A model generated the notes under the pieces. It saw nothing but the letters and a program-made list of their open reading frames with translations. It did not search any database and was not told where the DNA came from. A stretch of DNA of 64,000 bases from Acidobacteriota bacterium (GTDB lineage: Bacteria > Acidobacteriota > Vicinamibacteria > Vicinamibacterales > UBA2999). The position numbers and the translations under genes are program-made. Of the stretch, positions 35,180 through 44,831 are shown one piece after another (position 1 is the first letter of the stretch; every line of letters starts with the position of its first letter). The stretch spans positions 13,128 through 77,127 of the forward strand of contig JADZBZ010000167.1 in the NCBI GenBank assembly GCA_020851835.1. The letters run 5' to 3'.

Positions 35180-35797
35180 CTACTGGGGGAAATTGAGCAC
35201 GACGCCCCCGGTGATCCGGTGGCCGTACCGGTTCTCGATGCCGAAAAACCCCGGCGCGTCGTTCTTCGAGGCCACCGCGACGAAGCGATAGTCGGCGCGC
35301 ACCCCCCAGCGACGGTTCACGTCGAACTTGACACCGCCGCCCACATTGCCGGCAAAGAGCGTGGTGTTGTCCGTGACCCCCAGATCAGCCCGGTCGAAGA
35401 GCGTCAAGCCGCCCGCTCCGCCAGTGACGTAGGGGACGCCCCGGCGGTCCCGTCCGCCCGGATAGACGACCACGTTGCCGCCGTACGACGCCATGTGCGG
35501 CGGTTTGGCGTCGCGGCTGCCCGTCGGAAAGTCGAGCGCCTGATCGATCCCGATGTTGCCACCCACCTCACCCTCGACGCCGACGTAGCGATTGACGTTG
35601 AACGTGACGGACCCGACCAGGGTGTATGTGGCGAATGATGGCGCGCCGCTGTCACCTTGCGTGAAGTATGTCGTCCCACCGGGGAAAATACCGATCTCGA
35701 CCCGCGGCGTCTCAGTGGACTGAGCGTAGGCCGCGCCGCCAACGAGCATGAACGCGACGGCCAACGCCACCGCGATTGTTCCTCTCACCGTACTCAT
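35180..35797 (-). CDS. outer-membrane beta-barrel protein (OmpW/porin-like, 8-stranded size class)
   Basis: Signal peptide ...GGAAYA-QS, alternating amphipathic strands, and aromatic C-terminus (VVLNFPQ). Confidence 0.7.
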   Translation of the reverse strand: MSTVRGTIAVALAVAFMLVGGAAYAQSTETPRVEIGIFPGGTTYFTQGDSGAPSFATYTLVGSVTFNVNRYVGVEGEVGGNIGIDQALDFPTGSRDAKPPHMASYGGNVVVYPGGRDRRGVPYVTGGAGGLTLFDRADLGVTDNTTLFAGNVGGGVKFDVNRRWGVRADYRFVAVASKNDAPGFFGIENRYGHRITGGVVLNFPQ

Positions 35798-35847
35798 GAT
35801 TCGTCTCCTCTTTTCTTGATGCTCAGCACCCCGCTGACATCTGCCAG

Positions 35848-35876
35848 GTGAGTCCCATGAGGCTCAGGTTCGTTAC
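35848..35876 (-). promoter_or_regulatory. ECF-type promoter candidate, variant: GTAACG-N16-GACTCAC
   Basis: Minus-strand reading is ccGTAACGaacctgagcctcatggGACTCACct, about 50 nt upstream of the OMP start. Confidence 0.45.
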
Positions 35877-35977
35877 GGCCAGTCGGCTCTGTAACGTCGC
35901 ACGCGGCCGACGGACTACTCAACGATCGCGGCGCGCTGTTCGCCGCCGCTGACACTGGCAAGAGGAGATCACTGACC

Positions 35978-36532
35978 ATGCATTTAACAATCCACACGTT
36001 GGAGTCGGCGCCTGATGAGGCCAAGGACCTGTTGAAGGCGGCCCACGATCGATTCGGATTCCTGCCCAACCTGCTCGGCGAGCTGGCGGGATCGCCGCCC
36101 GCGCTCGAGGCCTACTTGACGCTCGGCCGTTTGCTGGAAGAGACGTCATTGACGCGCCAGGAGCAGCAGGTCGTGCTGGCCGCCGCGAGCGTGGCGAACA
36201 ACTGCAAGTACTGCGTGGCGGCGCACACCGCGGGTCTGAAAGCCGCGGGCCTGGCTGAAGATCAGATCGAGGCGCTTCGCAGCGGGCGCGCGCTCGCCGA
36301 CCCCAGCCTGGAAGCGGTACGGTCTCTGACGGCGGCCGTGGTCGGAAGTCGTGGATGGGTGGGCGAGACCGAGCTGCGGAGTTTTCTGGACGCAGGTCAC
36401 ACGAAGGAGCAGGTCCTCGAGGTGCTGCTCGGGGTCGCCATGAAGACGCTGAGCAACTACACGAACCATGTGGCCCACACGCCGCTCGACGCGGCGCTCG
36501 AGGCGTTCGCCTGGGAAGCCGTGCGGGCCTGA
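35978..36532 (+). CDS. carboxymuconolactone decarboxylase (AhpD-like) family protein
   Basis: AAASVANNCKYCVAAHT (CxxC...H AhpD-type motif) in a two-repeat CMD fold. Confidence 0.8.
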   Translation: MHLTIHTLESAPDEAKDLLKAAHDRFGFLPNLLGELAGSPPALEAYLTLGRLLEETSLTRQEQQVVLAAASVANNCKYCVAAHTAGLKAAGLAEDQIEALRSGRALADPSLEAVRSLTAAVVGSRGWVGETELRSFLDAGHTKEQVLEVLLGVAMKTLSNYTNHVAHTPLDAALEAFAWEAVRA

Positions 36533-36596
36533 CGGGCGTGCGCCTTGACCCTCGAACGCTTGCTCGGCGACAGGCTGCCCGCACCGGCCGCGGCCA

Positions 36597-37616
36597 ATGA
36601 CAACGATCCCGAGGGCCCGGCTATCGGACGGCGGCGCGATGACGCTGTCGCGACACATCCTGGAGTCGCAGCGGCAGGCGCCGCGCGCGCGCGGCGAGCT
36701 CTCGGTCCTGCTCCTGCAGCTCGCGTTCGCCGGCAAGATCTTCTCGCACGCACTCCGCCGGTCCGCACTCGATGGCCGTCTCGGACCGACCGGCGACCGC
36801 AACGTCCAGGGCGAGGCCACGAAGCAACTCGACGTGTTCGGCAACAACACGATCGTCGAGGCGTTCGCCCGGAGCGAGCTGGTGGCCGCGATCGTGTCGG
36901 AGGAACTGGACGAGCCGCGCGAGATCGCGTGCGGCGAGCGGGCGAGCTACGTGCTGTGCGTGGATCCGCTGGACGGCTCGTCCAACAGCGACGTCAATGG
37001 CGTGGTCGCGACGATCTTCGGCGTCTATCGGCCGCCCCGCGAGAATGGCGCCGAGGCCAGCCTGGCGCGCGTGCGGTCAGGCCGCGACCAGGTCGCCGCC
37101 GGCTACATCATGTACGGTCCGAGCACGATCTTCGTCTACACGACAGGCAGCGGCGTGCACGGCTTCACCCTCGATCACGATATCGGGGAATTCCTGCTGA
37201 CCCATCCACAGATGGAGTGCCCGCCGCACGGCCCCTACTACGCCGCGAACCTGGCAAACCTGCAGGACTGGGACGCGGGCGCGCAGGAGTACGTCCGGCA
37301 TCTGGCGGCGGGCCTCGATCGCACTTACTCGCTCCGCTACTCGGGCGCGCTGGTGGCCGATGTCCACCGCAGCCTGCTCGAAGGAGGGATTTATCTGTAT
37401 CCCGCGGATCGGCAGCATCCCTCCGGCAAACTCCGCCTCGCCTACGAGTGCGCGCCGCTGGCGTTCGTCCTGGAGCAGGCGGGCGGCGCCGCCAGCACCG
37501 GAACGTCGGCGGTGCTCGACGCGCCGTTTGAGTCCATCCATCAGCGTGTCCCGTTCGCGGGGGGCAGCCGCGACGAGGTCGCGATGCTGGAGCGGTTCAC
37601 CCGTGATCGCCGCTGA
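36597..37616 (+). CDS. fbp: class 1 fructose-1,6-bisphosphatase (copy 2)
   Basis: Same motif set as copy 1 (NVQGEATKQLDVF, VDPLDGSSN, GKLRLAYECAPLAF), roughly two-thirds identical by eye. Start could be the internal MTLSRH. Confidence 0.9.
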   Translation: MTTIPRARLSDGGAMTLSRHILESQRQAPRARGELSVLLLQLAFAGKIFSHALRRSALDGRLGPTGDRNVQGEATKQLDVFGNNTIVEAFARSELVAAIVSEELDEPREIACGERASYVLCVDPLDGSSNSDVNGVVATIFGVYRPPRENGAEASLARVRSGRDQVAAGYIMYGPSTIFVYTTGSGVHGFTLDHDIGEFLLTHPQMECPPHGPYYAANLANLQDWDAGAQEYVRHLAAGLDRTYSLRYSGALVADVHRSLLEGGIYLYPADRQHPSGKLRLAYECAPLAFVLEQAGGAASTGTSAVLDAPFESIHQRVPFAGGSRDEVAMLERFTRDRR

Positions 37617-38346
37617 CCTGCGCGTGTTCGCGGACGCCGGCGCGGTGGCCAGCGCCGCGGCGCGCGAGGTCGCGCGCGTGCTTGGGGCGGCCGTGCGACG
37701 CCATGGGTCGGCGTCAATGGCGCTGGCGGGCGGCCAGACGCCGCGCGGGCTCTATCGGTGCCTCGCGCTCGATCACCGCGACGACACGCTCTGGGATCGC
37801 GTGGATGTCTATTGGGGCGACGAGCGCGACGTCCTGCACGATGACCACCGCAGCAACTACCGAATGGCGCGCGAATCGCTGCTCGACCACGTGGCGGTGC
37901 GGCCCGAACGCGTGCATCCGATGCCCATGTCGCCCGGTGACCCTGACCGGACGGCGGCAGAATACGAACGCACCCTGCGCGCGCGGTTCGATGGCGAGTG
38001 GCCGCGGTTCGACGTGGTGCTGCTGGGCATTGGCGACGACGGGCACACGGCGTCGCTCTTTCCTCGATCGGCGGCGCTGGACGAAACCACACGCTGGGTC
38101 GTCGCGACGACTGCGCCGACCGAACCGCGCGGCCGGGTGAGCCTCGCGCTCCCGGCCCTCACCCACGCCGCGGCGATCTTCGTGGTGGACGCCGGACGCT
38201 CGAAGGCCGAGGCGCTGCGCTGTGCCCTGATCACCCGTCCAGATCCCAGCTGTCCCGCTTCTTTCATCCGAACCGCGCACGCCCCTGTCCTCTGGTGGGT
38301 CGATGCCGAGGCGGCCGCGCTTCTCGGCCCGGAGAATCTCCGATGA
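37603..38346 (+). CDS. pgl: 6-phosphogluconolactonase
   Basis: LAGGQTPRGLY...VYWGDERDV...LLGIGDDGHTASLFP. GTG start overlapping the fbp2 3' end. Confidence 0.9.
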   Translation: MIAADLRVFADAGAVASAAAREVARVLGAAVRRHGSASMALAGGQTPRGLYRCLALDHRDDTLWDRVDVYWGDERDVLHDDHRSNYRMARESLLDHVAVRPERVHPMPMSPGDPDRTAAEYERTLRARFDGEWPRFDVVLLGIGDDGHTASLFPRSAALDETTRWVVATTAPTEPRGRVSLALPALTHAAAIFVVDAGRSKAEALRCALITRPDPSCPASFIRTAHAPVLWWVDAEAAALLGPENLR

Positions 38347-39119
38347 CGCGCACACCGTCAGTCTCCCGCAGTCGGCGCGCACGGGCTCGCGCCGTCCCGC
38401 GCACACTGGCCATCGACGTCGGCGGCACGGGGTTGAAGGCGGCCATCCTCGATCCGGTCGGCAGGCTCGTGGGCGACCGCGTGCGCGTGCCGACTCCCGC
38501 GCGATGTCCGCCGGCGGTTCTGGTACGCGCCGTACGCGATTTGGTGGCACCGCTGGGCCCGTACGACCGCGTCTCGGTGGGCTTTCCTGGAGTCGTTCGG
38601 GACGGTGTGGTGCGGACCGCGCCGAACTTCGGCAGCGCGCGGTGGCAAGGGTTCGACCTGGCGCGCGCGCTCACCCGCGCGTTGAAGCGACCCGTCCGCG
38701 TGCTCAACGATGCGGAGGTGCAGGGGCTCGCCGTGATCTCCGGAAAGGGCGTCGAGCTGGTCGTCACGCTGGGCACCGGCGTCGGCAGCGCGCTGTTCCG
38801 CGACGGGATACTGATGCCGCATTTCGAGCTGTCACAGCATCCCGTGCACGGCCACCGCACCTACGACGAATACCTGGGCGACCGGGCTCGCAAACGAGTG
38901 GGGAGGCGCAAGTGGACGCGCCGCGTCCGCAGGGTCATTCGCATTCTGGAGACCGTCTTCAACTACGACCGGCTGCACATTGGAGGCGGCAACGCGGCGC
39001 GTATCGACTTTCGACCGGGCCGTCGCGTACGTTTGGTCGACAATGCGGCGGGCCTGCTGGGAGGAGTGGCGCTGTGGCGCTCTCACCCCACCGCGCAGGC
39101 GTGGCGGGGACCCCGTTGA
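38343..39119 (+). CDS. ROK-family glucokinase (polyphosphate/ATP glucokinase-like)
   Basis: LAIDVGGTGLKAA, VGFPGVV, LNDAEVQG, TLGTGVGSAL motifs. ATGA overlap with pgl. Confidence 0.75.
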   Translation: MTRTPSVSRSRRARARAVPRTLAIDVGGTGLKAAILDPVGRLVGDRVRVPTPARCPPAVLVRAVRDLVAPLGPYDRVSVGFPGVVRDGVVRTAPNFGSARWQGFDLARALTRALKRPVRVLNDAEVQGLAVISGKGVELVVTLGTGVGSALFRDGILMPHFELSQHPVHGHRTYDEYLGDRARKRVGRRKWTRRVRRVIRILETVFNYDRLHIGGGNAARIDFRPGRRVRLVDNAAGLLGGVALWRSHPTAQAWRGPR

Positions 39120-39176
39120 GGCGCCTCCGATGCCTCACCGCCGGCCGCCGGCGAGCGGCCGCCTCCTTTACGCCCC

Positions 39177-39205
39177 GTAATATGCCGGGCGCTGCACGCA
39201 CTCAT
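39177..39205 (+). promoter_or_regulatory. ECF-type promoter candidate, class 1: GTAATA-N16-CACTCAT
   Basis: Read directly: ccGTAATAtgccgggcgctgcacgCACTCATtc, about 100 nt upstream of arsM. Confidence 0.5.
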
Positions 39206-39302
39206 TCTTAGGTCGAGGTGTGAACGGCTCGTCTGGGCGGAGCCGGGCATCGCGCGCGATTGCCGGCTGCCTCAACTGGACGCGCCTTTGGAGGAGAGAA
39301 AC

Positions 39303-40481
39303 ATGACCGTGTTGACAGACCGCGAGCTCGACGTCGACGAGGCCGTGCACAGCAGGTATTCCGACGCCGCTCTGGCCCGGGCACCTGAGCTCTGCTGTCC
39401 GGTGTCCTACGATTCCGGCCTGCTCGCCGCGATCCCTGAGGACGTGCTGGCGCGGGACTACGGGTGCGGGGATCCGACGCGCCACCTGCGGCCCGGTGAA
39501 ACGGTGCTCGACCTCGGCTCGGGCTCCGGCAAGGTGTGTTTTATCGCGAGTCAACTCGTCGGACCCGCCGGACGCGTGCTCGGCGTGGACGTGAACGACG
39601 ACATGCTGGCGCTCGCCAGGCGCAGCGCGCCGCTTGTCGCTCAACACACCGGCTACGCCAATGTCACCTTCGGCAAGGCTCGCATCCAGGACCTCGCCCT
39701 TGATCTGGATTGTCTCGGGACGTACCTCGCCGCTCGTCCGGTCCGGTCTTCCGCGGATCTCGATCGTCTCGATGCGGAACTCAGACGCCTTCGCGCGGAG
39801 TCGCCGTTGGTGGCCGACGGGTCGGTCGACGTGGTGCTCTCGAACTGCGTGCTGAACCTGGTCCGGCCGGAAGACAAGTCGCGACTGTTTGCCGAAGTAT
39901 TTCGTGTCCTCAGGAGAGGGGGGCGCGCCGTGATCTCGGACATCGTGTCCGACGAAGACGTCCCGTCCCACATGCAGCAGGACTCGGACTTGTGGACCGG
40001 TTGCATCTCGGGCGCGTTTCGCGAGGACTGCTTCCTCGAGGCTTTCGAGACCGCCGGCTTTCATGGCATCGCCGTCGCGGCAAGGTCGGAGGTGCCGTGG
40101 CGCACGGTCAAGGGCATCGAGTTCCGCAGCGTCACGGTCATCGCTCACAAAGGCAAGCAGGGTCCGTGCCTGGATCACAAGCAGTCCGTCATCTATCGCG
40201 GACCGTTCCGTGAGGTCACCGACGATGACGGCCACGTGCTGCGGCGAGGCGTGCGAACGGCGGTCTGCGCCAAGACGTTCAACATCTTCGCGCGCGAGCC
40301 GTACCGGTCGCATGTGGACCTGGTCGAGCCGCGGGTTCCTGTCGCGGCCGAGGATGCTCGGTCGTTTCCGTGTGCGAAGGGCGCCCTGATTCGCGATCCC
40401 CGCGAGACCAAGGGCGAGGGGTACGACGTGACGACGGCACCGAGCGGTGCGACGTGCTCGCCAGACGGGGGGTGCTGCTGA
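39303..40481 (+). CDS. arsM: arsenite S-adenosylmethionine methyltransferase
   Basis: ATG after GGAGGAG. The four catalytic-type Cys contexts of ArsM are visible (ELCCPVSYD, DYGCGDP, LSNCVLNLV, LWTGCISGA), with SAM motif VLDLGSGSG, the ArsM C-terminal domain and terminal GGCC. Confidence 0.8.
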   Translation: MTVLTDRELDVDEAVHSRYSDAALARAPELCCPVSYDSGLLAAIPEDVLARDYGCGDPTRHLRPGETVLDLGSGSGKVCFIASQLVGPAGRVLGVDVNDDMLALARRSAPLVAQHTGYANVTFGKARIQDLALDLDCLGTYLAARPVRSSADLDRLDAELRRLRAESPLVADGSVDVVLSNCVLNLVRPEDKSRLFAEVFRVLRRGGRAVISDIVSDEDVPSHMQQDSDLWTGCISGAFREDCFLEAFETAGFHGIAVAARSEVPWRTVKGIEFRSVTVIAHKGKQGPCLDHKQSVIYRGPFREVTDDDGHVLRRGVRTAVCAKTFNIFAREPYRSHVDLVEPRVPVAAEDARSFPCAKGALIRDPRETKGEGYDVTTAPSGATCSPDGGCC

Positions 40482-41503
40482 TGTCCCGGACGGCTGCTCT
40501 TCAGACCGCGACGGCTCCGGAGGCCGTCGGCACGCCGGGCTTCGCACGAACGCTCACGGGGGCGGGCCTCGCGCCCCTCACGCGTGGCCACGTCACGACG
40601 CTGCAGGTCAACGTCGGCCGGTTGTGCAACCTGGCGTGTCATCACTGCCACGTCGAGGCCGGGCCGCGCGAGACCGACGTCATGCCGGCGCCCGTGGCGG
40701 CGCGCATCGTGGACCTGCTGGATCTGAACCCCGGCATCGAGATCCTGGATCTCACCGGGGGCGCCCCGGAAATGAACCCGAGCTTCCGCCATCTCGTTCG
40801 TGAAGCGCGGCGGCGGCAGCGGCGGGTCATCGACCGCTGCAATCTCACCATCCTGCTCGATCCCCGCTTCGACGACTTGCCGGAATTCTTCGCCGCTCAG
40901 CAGGTCCACGTGGTCGCCAGCCTGCCGTGCTACACGGCGGAAAACGTCGACAGCCAGCGGGGGCGCGGGGTGTTCCATGAGAGCGTCGAGGCTTTGAGGC
41001 GGTTGAACGCCCTGGGATATGGTCGCCCGGACTCCGATCTCCGATTGGACCTGGTCTACAACCCGCTCGGGCCGTCCCTGCCGCCGCCACAGTCGGCTCT
41101 GGAGGCGACGTACCGCGAGGAACTCGGCCGCCTGTTCGGCATCGAGTTCCACCAACTGCTGACAATCACGAACATGCCGATCCGCCGGTTCGCCTGGACC
41201 CTCGAGCGGAGCGGCCAGACGGAGGCGTACATGAGCCTGCTCGTCAATCATTTCAATCCCGCCACGGTGGCGGGCCTGATGTGCCGGACTTTGGTGAGCG
41301 TCGGCTTCGACGGACGCCTGTACGACTGCGATTTCAACCAGATGCTGGGGCTGCCGATCGGCGGCGCGGCACAAGCGGCGCCGCGAACGGTGTGGGACGT
41401 CGACGCTCTCGATGTCCTGACGGGACGCGCGATCGCGACCGGCCGCCATTGCTTCGGGTGCACGGCCGGCGCGGGGTCGAGTTGCTCCGGAGCGCTCCTG
41501 TGA
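40481..41503 (+). CDS. arsS: arsenosugar-biosynthesis radical SAM protein ArsS (TIGR04167-type rSAM/Cys-rich domain)
   Basis: LQVNVGRLCNLACHHCHVEAGP (CxxxCxxC) and C-terminal Cys-rich tail HCFGCTAGAGSSCSG. 1-nt overlap (TGATG) with arsM. Confidence 0.8.
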   Translation: MSRTAALQTATAPEAVGTPGFARTLTGAGLAPLTRGHVTTLQVNVGRLCNLACHHCHVEAGPRETDVMPAPVAARIVDLLDLNPGIEILDLTGGAPEMNPSFRHLVREARRRQRRVIDRCNLTILLDPRFDDLPEFFAAQQVHVVASLPCYTAENVDSQRGRGVFHESVEALRRLNALGYGRPDSDLRLDLVYNPLGPSLPPPQSALEATYREELGRLFGIEFHQLLTITNMPIRRFAWTLERSGQTEAYMSLLVNHFNPATVAGLMCRTLVSVGFDGRLYDCDFNQMLGLPIGGAAQAAPRTVWDVDALDVLTGRAIATGRHCFGCTAGAGSSCSGALL

Positions 41504-42657
41504 TCGTGGCGATTGTGCTCATCGGGATCGCGGGCCTGCTGGCCTACGCGAACGGCGCGAACGACGTCTCGAAGGGGATCGCCACGCTTGTGGGCAGCGG
41601 CGTCACCGACTACCGACGGGCCATGGCGTGGGGCGCGATGTGGACCGGCGCCGGGGCGGTGCTGGCCACGTTTGTGACGGGTGCCATGCTGGCGACTTTC
41701 GGGAGCGGTCTGCTGACGTCCGGTGCGGCGCCGACCGTGCCCATGGCCGTGGCGTCGATCGGCGGCGCCTCGGCGTGCGTGCTCCTGGCCACGCGGTTCG
41801 GGTTGCCGGTCTCGACCACGCACGCCATCGTGGGCGCGATCGTGGGCGCCGCGCTTGCCGCCTACGGATCGACGCACATCGCCTGGTCCGTCCTCGGCGC
41901 GCGCGTCGCGCTGCCGCTGGCTGCCAGCCCGATTGTCGCGATGAGCGCTTCGTGGCTGATCTTGCGGGGCGTCGGGCGCGTGATGGGACCCGCGACGTCG
42001 TCGGCCGATTGCGTGTGCATGACGGCGAACGTGCAGCCGGCGGCCGTGATCGCTCCGGCCGCCGTCCTCTCGTACGCGACGCCCGCGATGGACGTGGCCG
42101 TGTCGTACGGTCACGCCGACGATTGCGCCCAGGCGCATCCGGCGGCGTGGCGGCTGACGGGCGATCATCTCCATTGGTTGTCCAGCGGCGCCGTGAGCTT
42201 CGCGCGCGGATTGAACGACACGCCGAAGATCGTCGCGCTCGTGCTGGCCGTGGCGGCGTTGATGCCGGCCCGGAGAATCGCACCCTGGCATCTGTTCGGG
42301 GTGGTCGCGTTCGCCATGGTCGCCGGCAGCCTGCTGGCGGGGCGGCGCGTGACGAAGTTCCTGGCGGAGGACGTGACGTCGATGACCCACCGCGATGGTC
42401 TGACGGCCAACGTCGTGACCGCGGCGCTCGTGGTCGCCGGCGCCGTGCACGGTCTGCCCATGTCCACGACGCACGTGGCCTCCGGGGGCATCATCGGTGC
42501 AGGCGTCGATCGGGGTTCGATCGTCTGGGATACCGCCAGGAAGATGGCGCTCGCGTGGGTGATAACCGTCCCGGCGGCCGCCCTGCTCGCCGTCGTCATC
42601 TACGCGTTGACCACGGCCACCGGCGCGCACTGGCTGGCGCTCGGAGCCAGAGGGTGA
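41500..42657 (+). CDS. PiT-family inorganic phosphate (or arsenate) transporter
   Basis: AYANGANDVSKGIATLVG and GLPVSTTHAIVGAIVG repeats of PHO4/PiT. GTGA overlap with arsS. Confidence 0.8.
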   Translation: MIVAIVLIGIAGLLAYANGANDVSKGIATLVGSGVTDYRRAMAWGAMWTGAGAVLATFVTGAMLATFGSGLLTSGAAPTVPMAVASIGGASACVLLATRFGLPVSTTHAIVGAIVGAALAAYGSTHIAWSVLGARVALPLAASPIVAMSASWLILRGVGRVMGPATSSADCVCMTANVQPAAVIAPAAVLSYATPAMDVAVSYGHADDCAQAHPAAWRLTGDHLHWLSSGAVSFARGLNDTPKIVALVLAVAALMPARRIAPWHLFGVVAFAMVAGSLLAGRRVTKFLAEDVTSMTHRDGLTANVVTAALVVAGAVHGLPMSTTHVASGGIIGAGVDRGSIVWDTARKMALAWVITVPAAALLAVVIYALTTATGAHWLALGARG

Positions 42658-43382
42658 GACGGTGGATCAAGGCGGCTGCCCTTGTGGCCTTGGCGTCCCT
42701 GGCCGTCGAGGCCGCCATCGCGTTTCCCATCGGTCGCCACGTGGATCAGATTGTCGAGTGGATTCGCGCGGCGGGTCCGGCTGGGGTCCTGGCGTATGCC
42801 GGGATCTATGTGCTGGCCGCCGTGCTGATGTTGCCGGGGTCGGCATTGACCGCCGCGGCCGGACTCGCGTACGGGCCGTGGTGGGGCGTGGCGCTCGTCT
42901 CGCCGGTCAGCGTGGCCGCCGCCACGCTGTCGTTCGTCCTGGGACGCACCCTCGCGCGGCCGTGGGTAGCGAGGCGCATCGAGGCCGATCCCAGATTTCG
43001 CGCGATCGATGCCGCAGTCGCTCGGCAGGGGTTCAAGATCGTGCTGCTGCTCCGGCTCTCTCCGGTCTTTCCGTTCAATGTGCTCAATTACGCGCTGGGC
43101 CTGACGGGCGTCCGGCTGCGCCATTACGTGCTGGCGTCCTTCCTTGGCATGCTGCCTGGCACGTTTCTCTACGTCTATCTCGGGTCCCTCGTGCGTGACG
43201 TCGCCGGGCTCGCGGCCGGCGGCGACGGCGCGGGCGTCGCCCGGCACGTCGCGTCGGCCGTCGGTTTCCTGGCGACCGTCGCCGTTACGATCTACATCGC
43301 CCGCATCGCGCGGCGGGCCCTCGACGAGGAGTTGTCTCGGCCTGCGCCGCGCGTGAGCCGGCCGGTCGGAGAAGGGCGGTGA
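42654..43382 (+). CDS. TVP38/TMEM64 (DedA-related, SNARE-associated) membrane protein
   Basis: LPGSALTAAAGLAYGPWWG...LLLRLSPVFPFNVLNYALGLT motif. GTGA overlap with the PiT gene. Confidence 0.8.
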   Translation: MRRWIKAAALVALASLAVEAAIAFPIGRHVDQIVEWIRAAGPAGVLAYAGIYVLAAVLMLPGSALTAAAGLAYGPWWGVALVSPVSVAAATLSFVLGRTLARPWVARRIEADPRFRAIDAAVARQGFKIVLLLRLSPVFPFNVLNYALGLTGVRLRHYVLASFLGMLPGTFLYVYLGSLVRDVAGLAAGGDGAGVARHVASAVGFLATVAVTIYIARIARRALDEELSRPAPRVSRPVGEGR

Positions 43383-44113
43383 CCAAGGCCAGGCGGGCGC
43401 ACGTGACGTGGGAGCCGGACGAGTGGCCCGATCGCACGGCGACGTCGCGCATCGCGCTGTGCGTGTTCGCAAAGCCTCCGCGTGCGGGACACGCGAAGAC
43501 GCGGCTTGCGACGGCGATAGGCGACGGGCTGGCCGCGGAATTGGCGCGGGCGTTCGTCCTGGACACATGGGCGCTCGTTAGTGGCATGCCCTGGGCGGAT
43601 CCGATCCTGGCCACGACCGACGCCGCCGATCCCGTTTGGGCTGCGCTGCCTGGGACGCGCGTGTGGCCTCAAGGGGACGGCGACCTCGGCGATCGCATGG
43701 AACGCGTGCTGCGCCAGGCGCTCGCGAGCTATCCCGCGGCGATCATTGTCGGTACCGACATTCCCGGACTTCCTGTCGAGCACCTCGACGCCGCGCGAGT
43801 CGGTCTCTCGGCGGCCGACGCCGTGATTGGCCCCTGCGAGGACGGCGGCTTCTACCTTGTGGGGAGCCGGCGGTGCCCACCCGGGCTGTTCGATCAGATT
43901 CCGTGGGGTACCGATCTGGCGTACGCGCGAACGGAGGAACGGCTTCGGAACGTCGGGCTTTCCTTGATCCGGACGCCGTCGTGGTTCGACGTCGACCGTC
44001 CCGAGGATCTGAACCGCCTTCGCGCACTGGGGGATTCGCTGCGCAAGAGGGCGCCCGCAACAGCACGAGTGCTTGAACGAGTGACCGCCGGCGTTCGCGG
44101 TGAGGCGTCATGA
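43379..44113 (+). CDS. TIGR04282 / DUF2064 glycosyltransferase-like protein
   Basis: LCVFAKPPRAGHAKTRL...IIVGTDIPGL...GPCEDGGFYLVG...IPWGT pattern of DUF2064. GTGA overlap upstream and ATGA overlap downstream. Confidence 0.75.
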   Translation: MTKARRAHVTWEPDEWPDRTATSRIALCVFAKPPRAGHAKTRLATAIGDGLAAELARAFVLDTWALVSGMPWADPILATTDAADPVWAALPGTRVWPQGDGDLGDRMERVLRQALASYPAAIIVGTDIPGLPVEHLDAARVGLSAADAVIGPCEDGGFYLVGSRRCPPGLFDQIPWGTDLAYARTEERLRNVGLSLIRTPSWFDVDRPEDLNRLRALGDSLRKRAPATARVLERVTAGVRGEAS

Positions 44114-44802
44114 CGGATCGGCTGTCGGTGGTGATCCCGGTCCTCAATGAAGCGGGCCGCATCGGCGGTCAACTCGCTCGACTTGCAACCTTGCCCGGGA
44201 TTCACGACATCGTCGTGGCCGATGGCGGCAGCACCGATGGGACCGTCGAGATCGTTCGGGCCGCTGGGACAGGGCGCTTGGTCCATGCCCCGGCTGGCCG
44301 CGGACCACAGATGAACGTGGGGGCGCGAGCGGCGACGGGGACCGTGCTGATCTTCCTGCACGCCGACGTCGAGCTTCCGGCCGACGCCGAGAATCTTGTG
44401 GCGGCCGCTTTGTCCGATCCGGCCATCGTCGGCGGCGCCTTCCGCGTCAGGACCGTCTCGGACGGATTCAGGGGCTGGCCGGAGAAGTGGTTATGGCTCG
44501 CCGACCTCCGGTCCCGCTACGCGCGGCTGCCGTACGGCGACCAGGCCGTCTTCGTGCGGCGAGAGGTGTTCGACAGGCTGGGTGGATTCGCGCCGCTGCC
44601 GTTGTTCGAAGACGTCGAGTTCGCTCGGCGCCTGCGGCGGGCCGGGCGCCTCCGAATCCTGCCGGCGGCAGTTCGAGTGTCGGGGCGGCGATTCATGGTG
44701 CGCCCCTACGCATCCGGCGTACTGATGAATCTCCTGCCGGCGCTGTTCCGGCTCGGCGTGCCGGCGACTACGCTCGCTCGTCTCTACGGGCAGGTGCGAT
44801 GA
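44110..44802 (+). CDS. family-2 glycosyltransferase, TIGR04283-like (copy 2)
   Basis: SVVIPVLNEA...ADGGSTDGT...FLHADV, and a C-terminal LGVPATTLARLYGQVR shared with 8210-8908. Confidence 0.75.
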   Translation: MTDRLSVVIPVLNEAGRIGGQLARLATLPGIHDIVVADGGSTDGTVEIVRAAGTGRLVHAPAGRGPQMNVGARAATGTVLIFLHADVELPADAENLVAAALSDPAIVGGAFRVRTVSDGFRGWPEKWLWLADLRSRYARLPYGDQAVFVRREVFDRLGGFAPLPLFEDVEFARRLRRAGRLRILPAAVRVSGRRFMVRPYASGVLMNLLPALFRLGVPATTLARLYGQVR

Positions 44803-44831
44803 AGCGAACGCGGTCTTGGTGAGGTGAACAC

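Noticed and set aside
41440-41503. Possible selenocysteine (in-frame TGA) in the ArsS C-terminal Cys-rich tail, as seen in some members of this rSAM/selenodomain family
   Set aside because: The tail reads HCFGCTAGAGSSCSGALL with Cys codons throughout, and the only TGA is the terminator. No in-frame TGA was evident in the Trx, Prx-like or YtxJ genes either.
41628-43382. 584-aa ORF spanning the PiT and DedA genes (similar N-terminal over-extensions at 25325, 28297, 29099, 37360, 37998, 40370, 41281, 55475, 58254)
   Set aside because: High GC suppresses stop codons. Recognisable homology begins only at internal start codons that overlap the preceding stop (GTGA/ATGA), and the upstream parts are low-complexity Arg/Pro/Gly.
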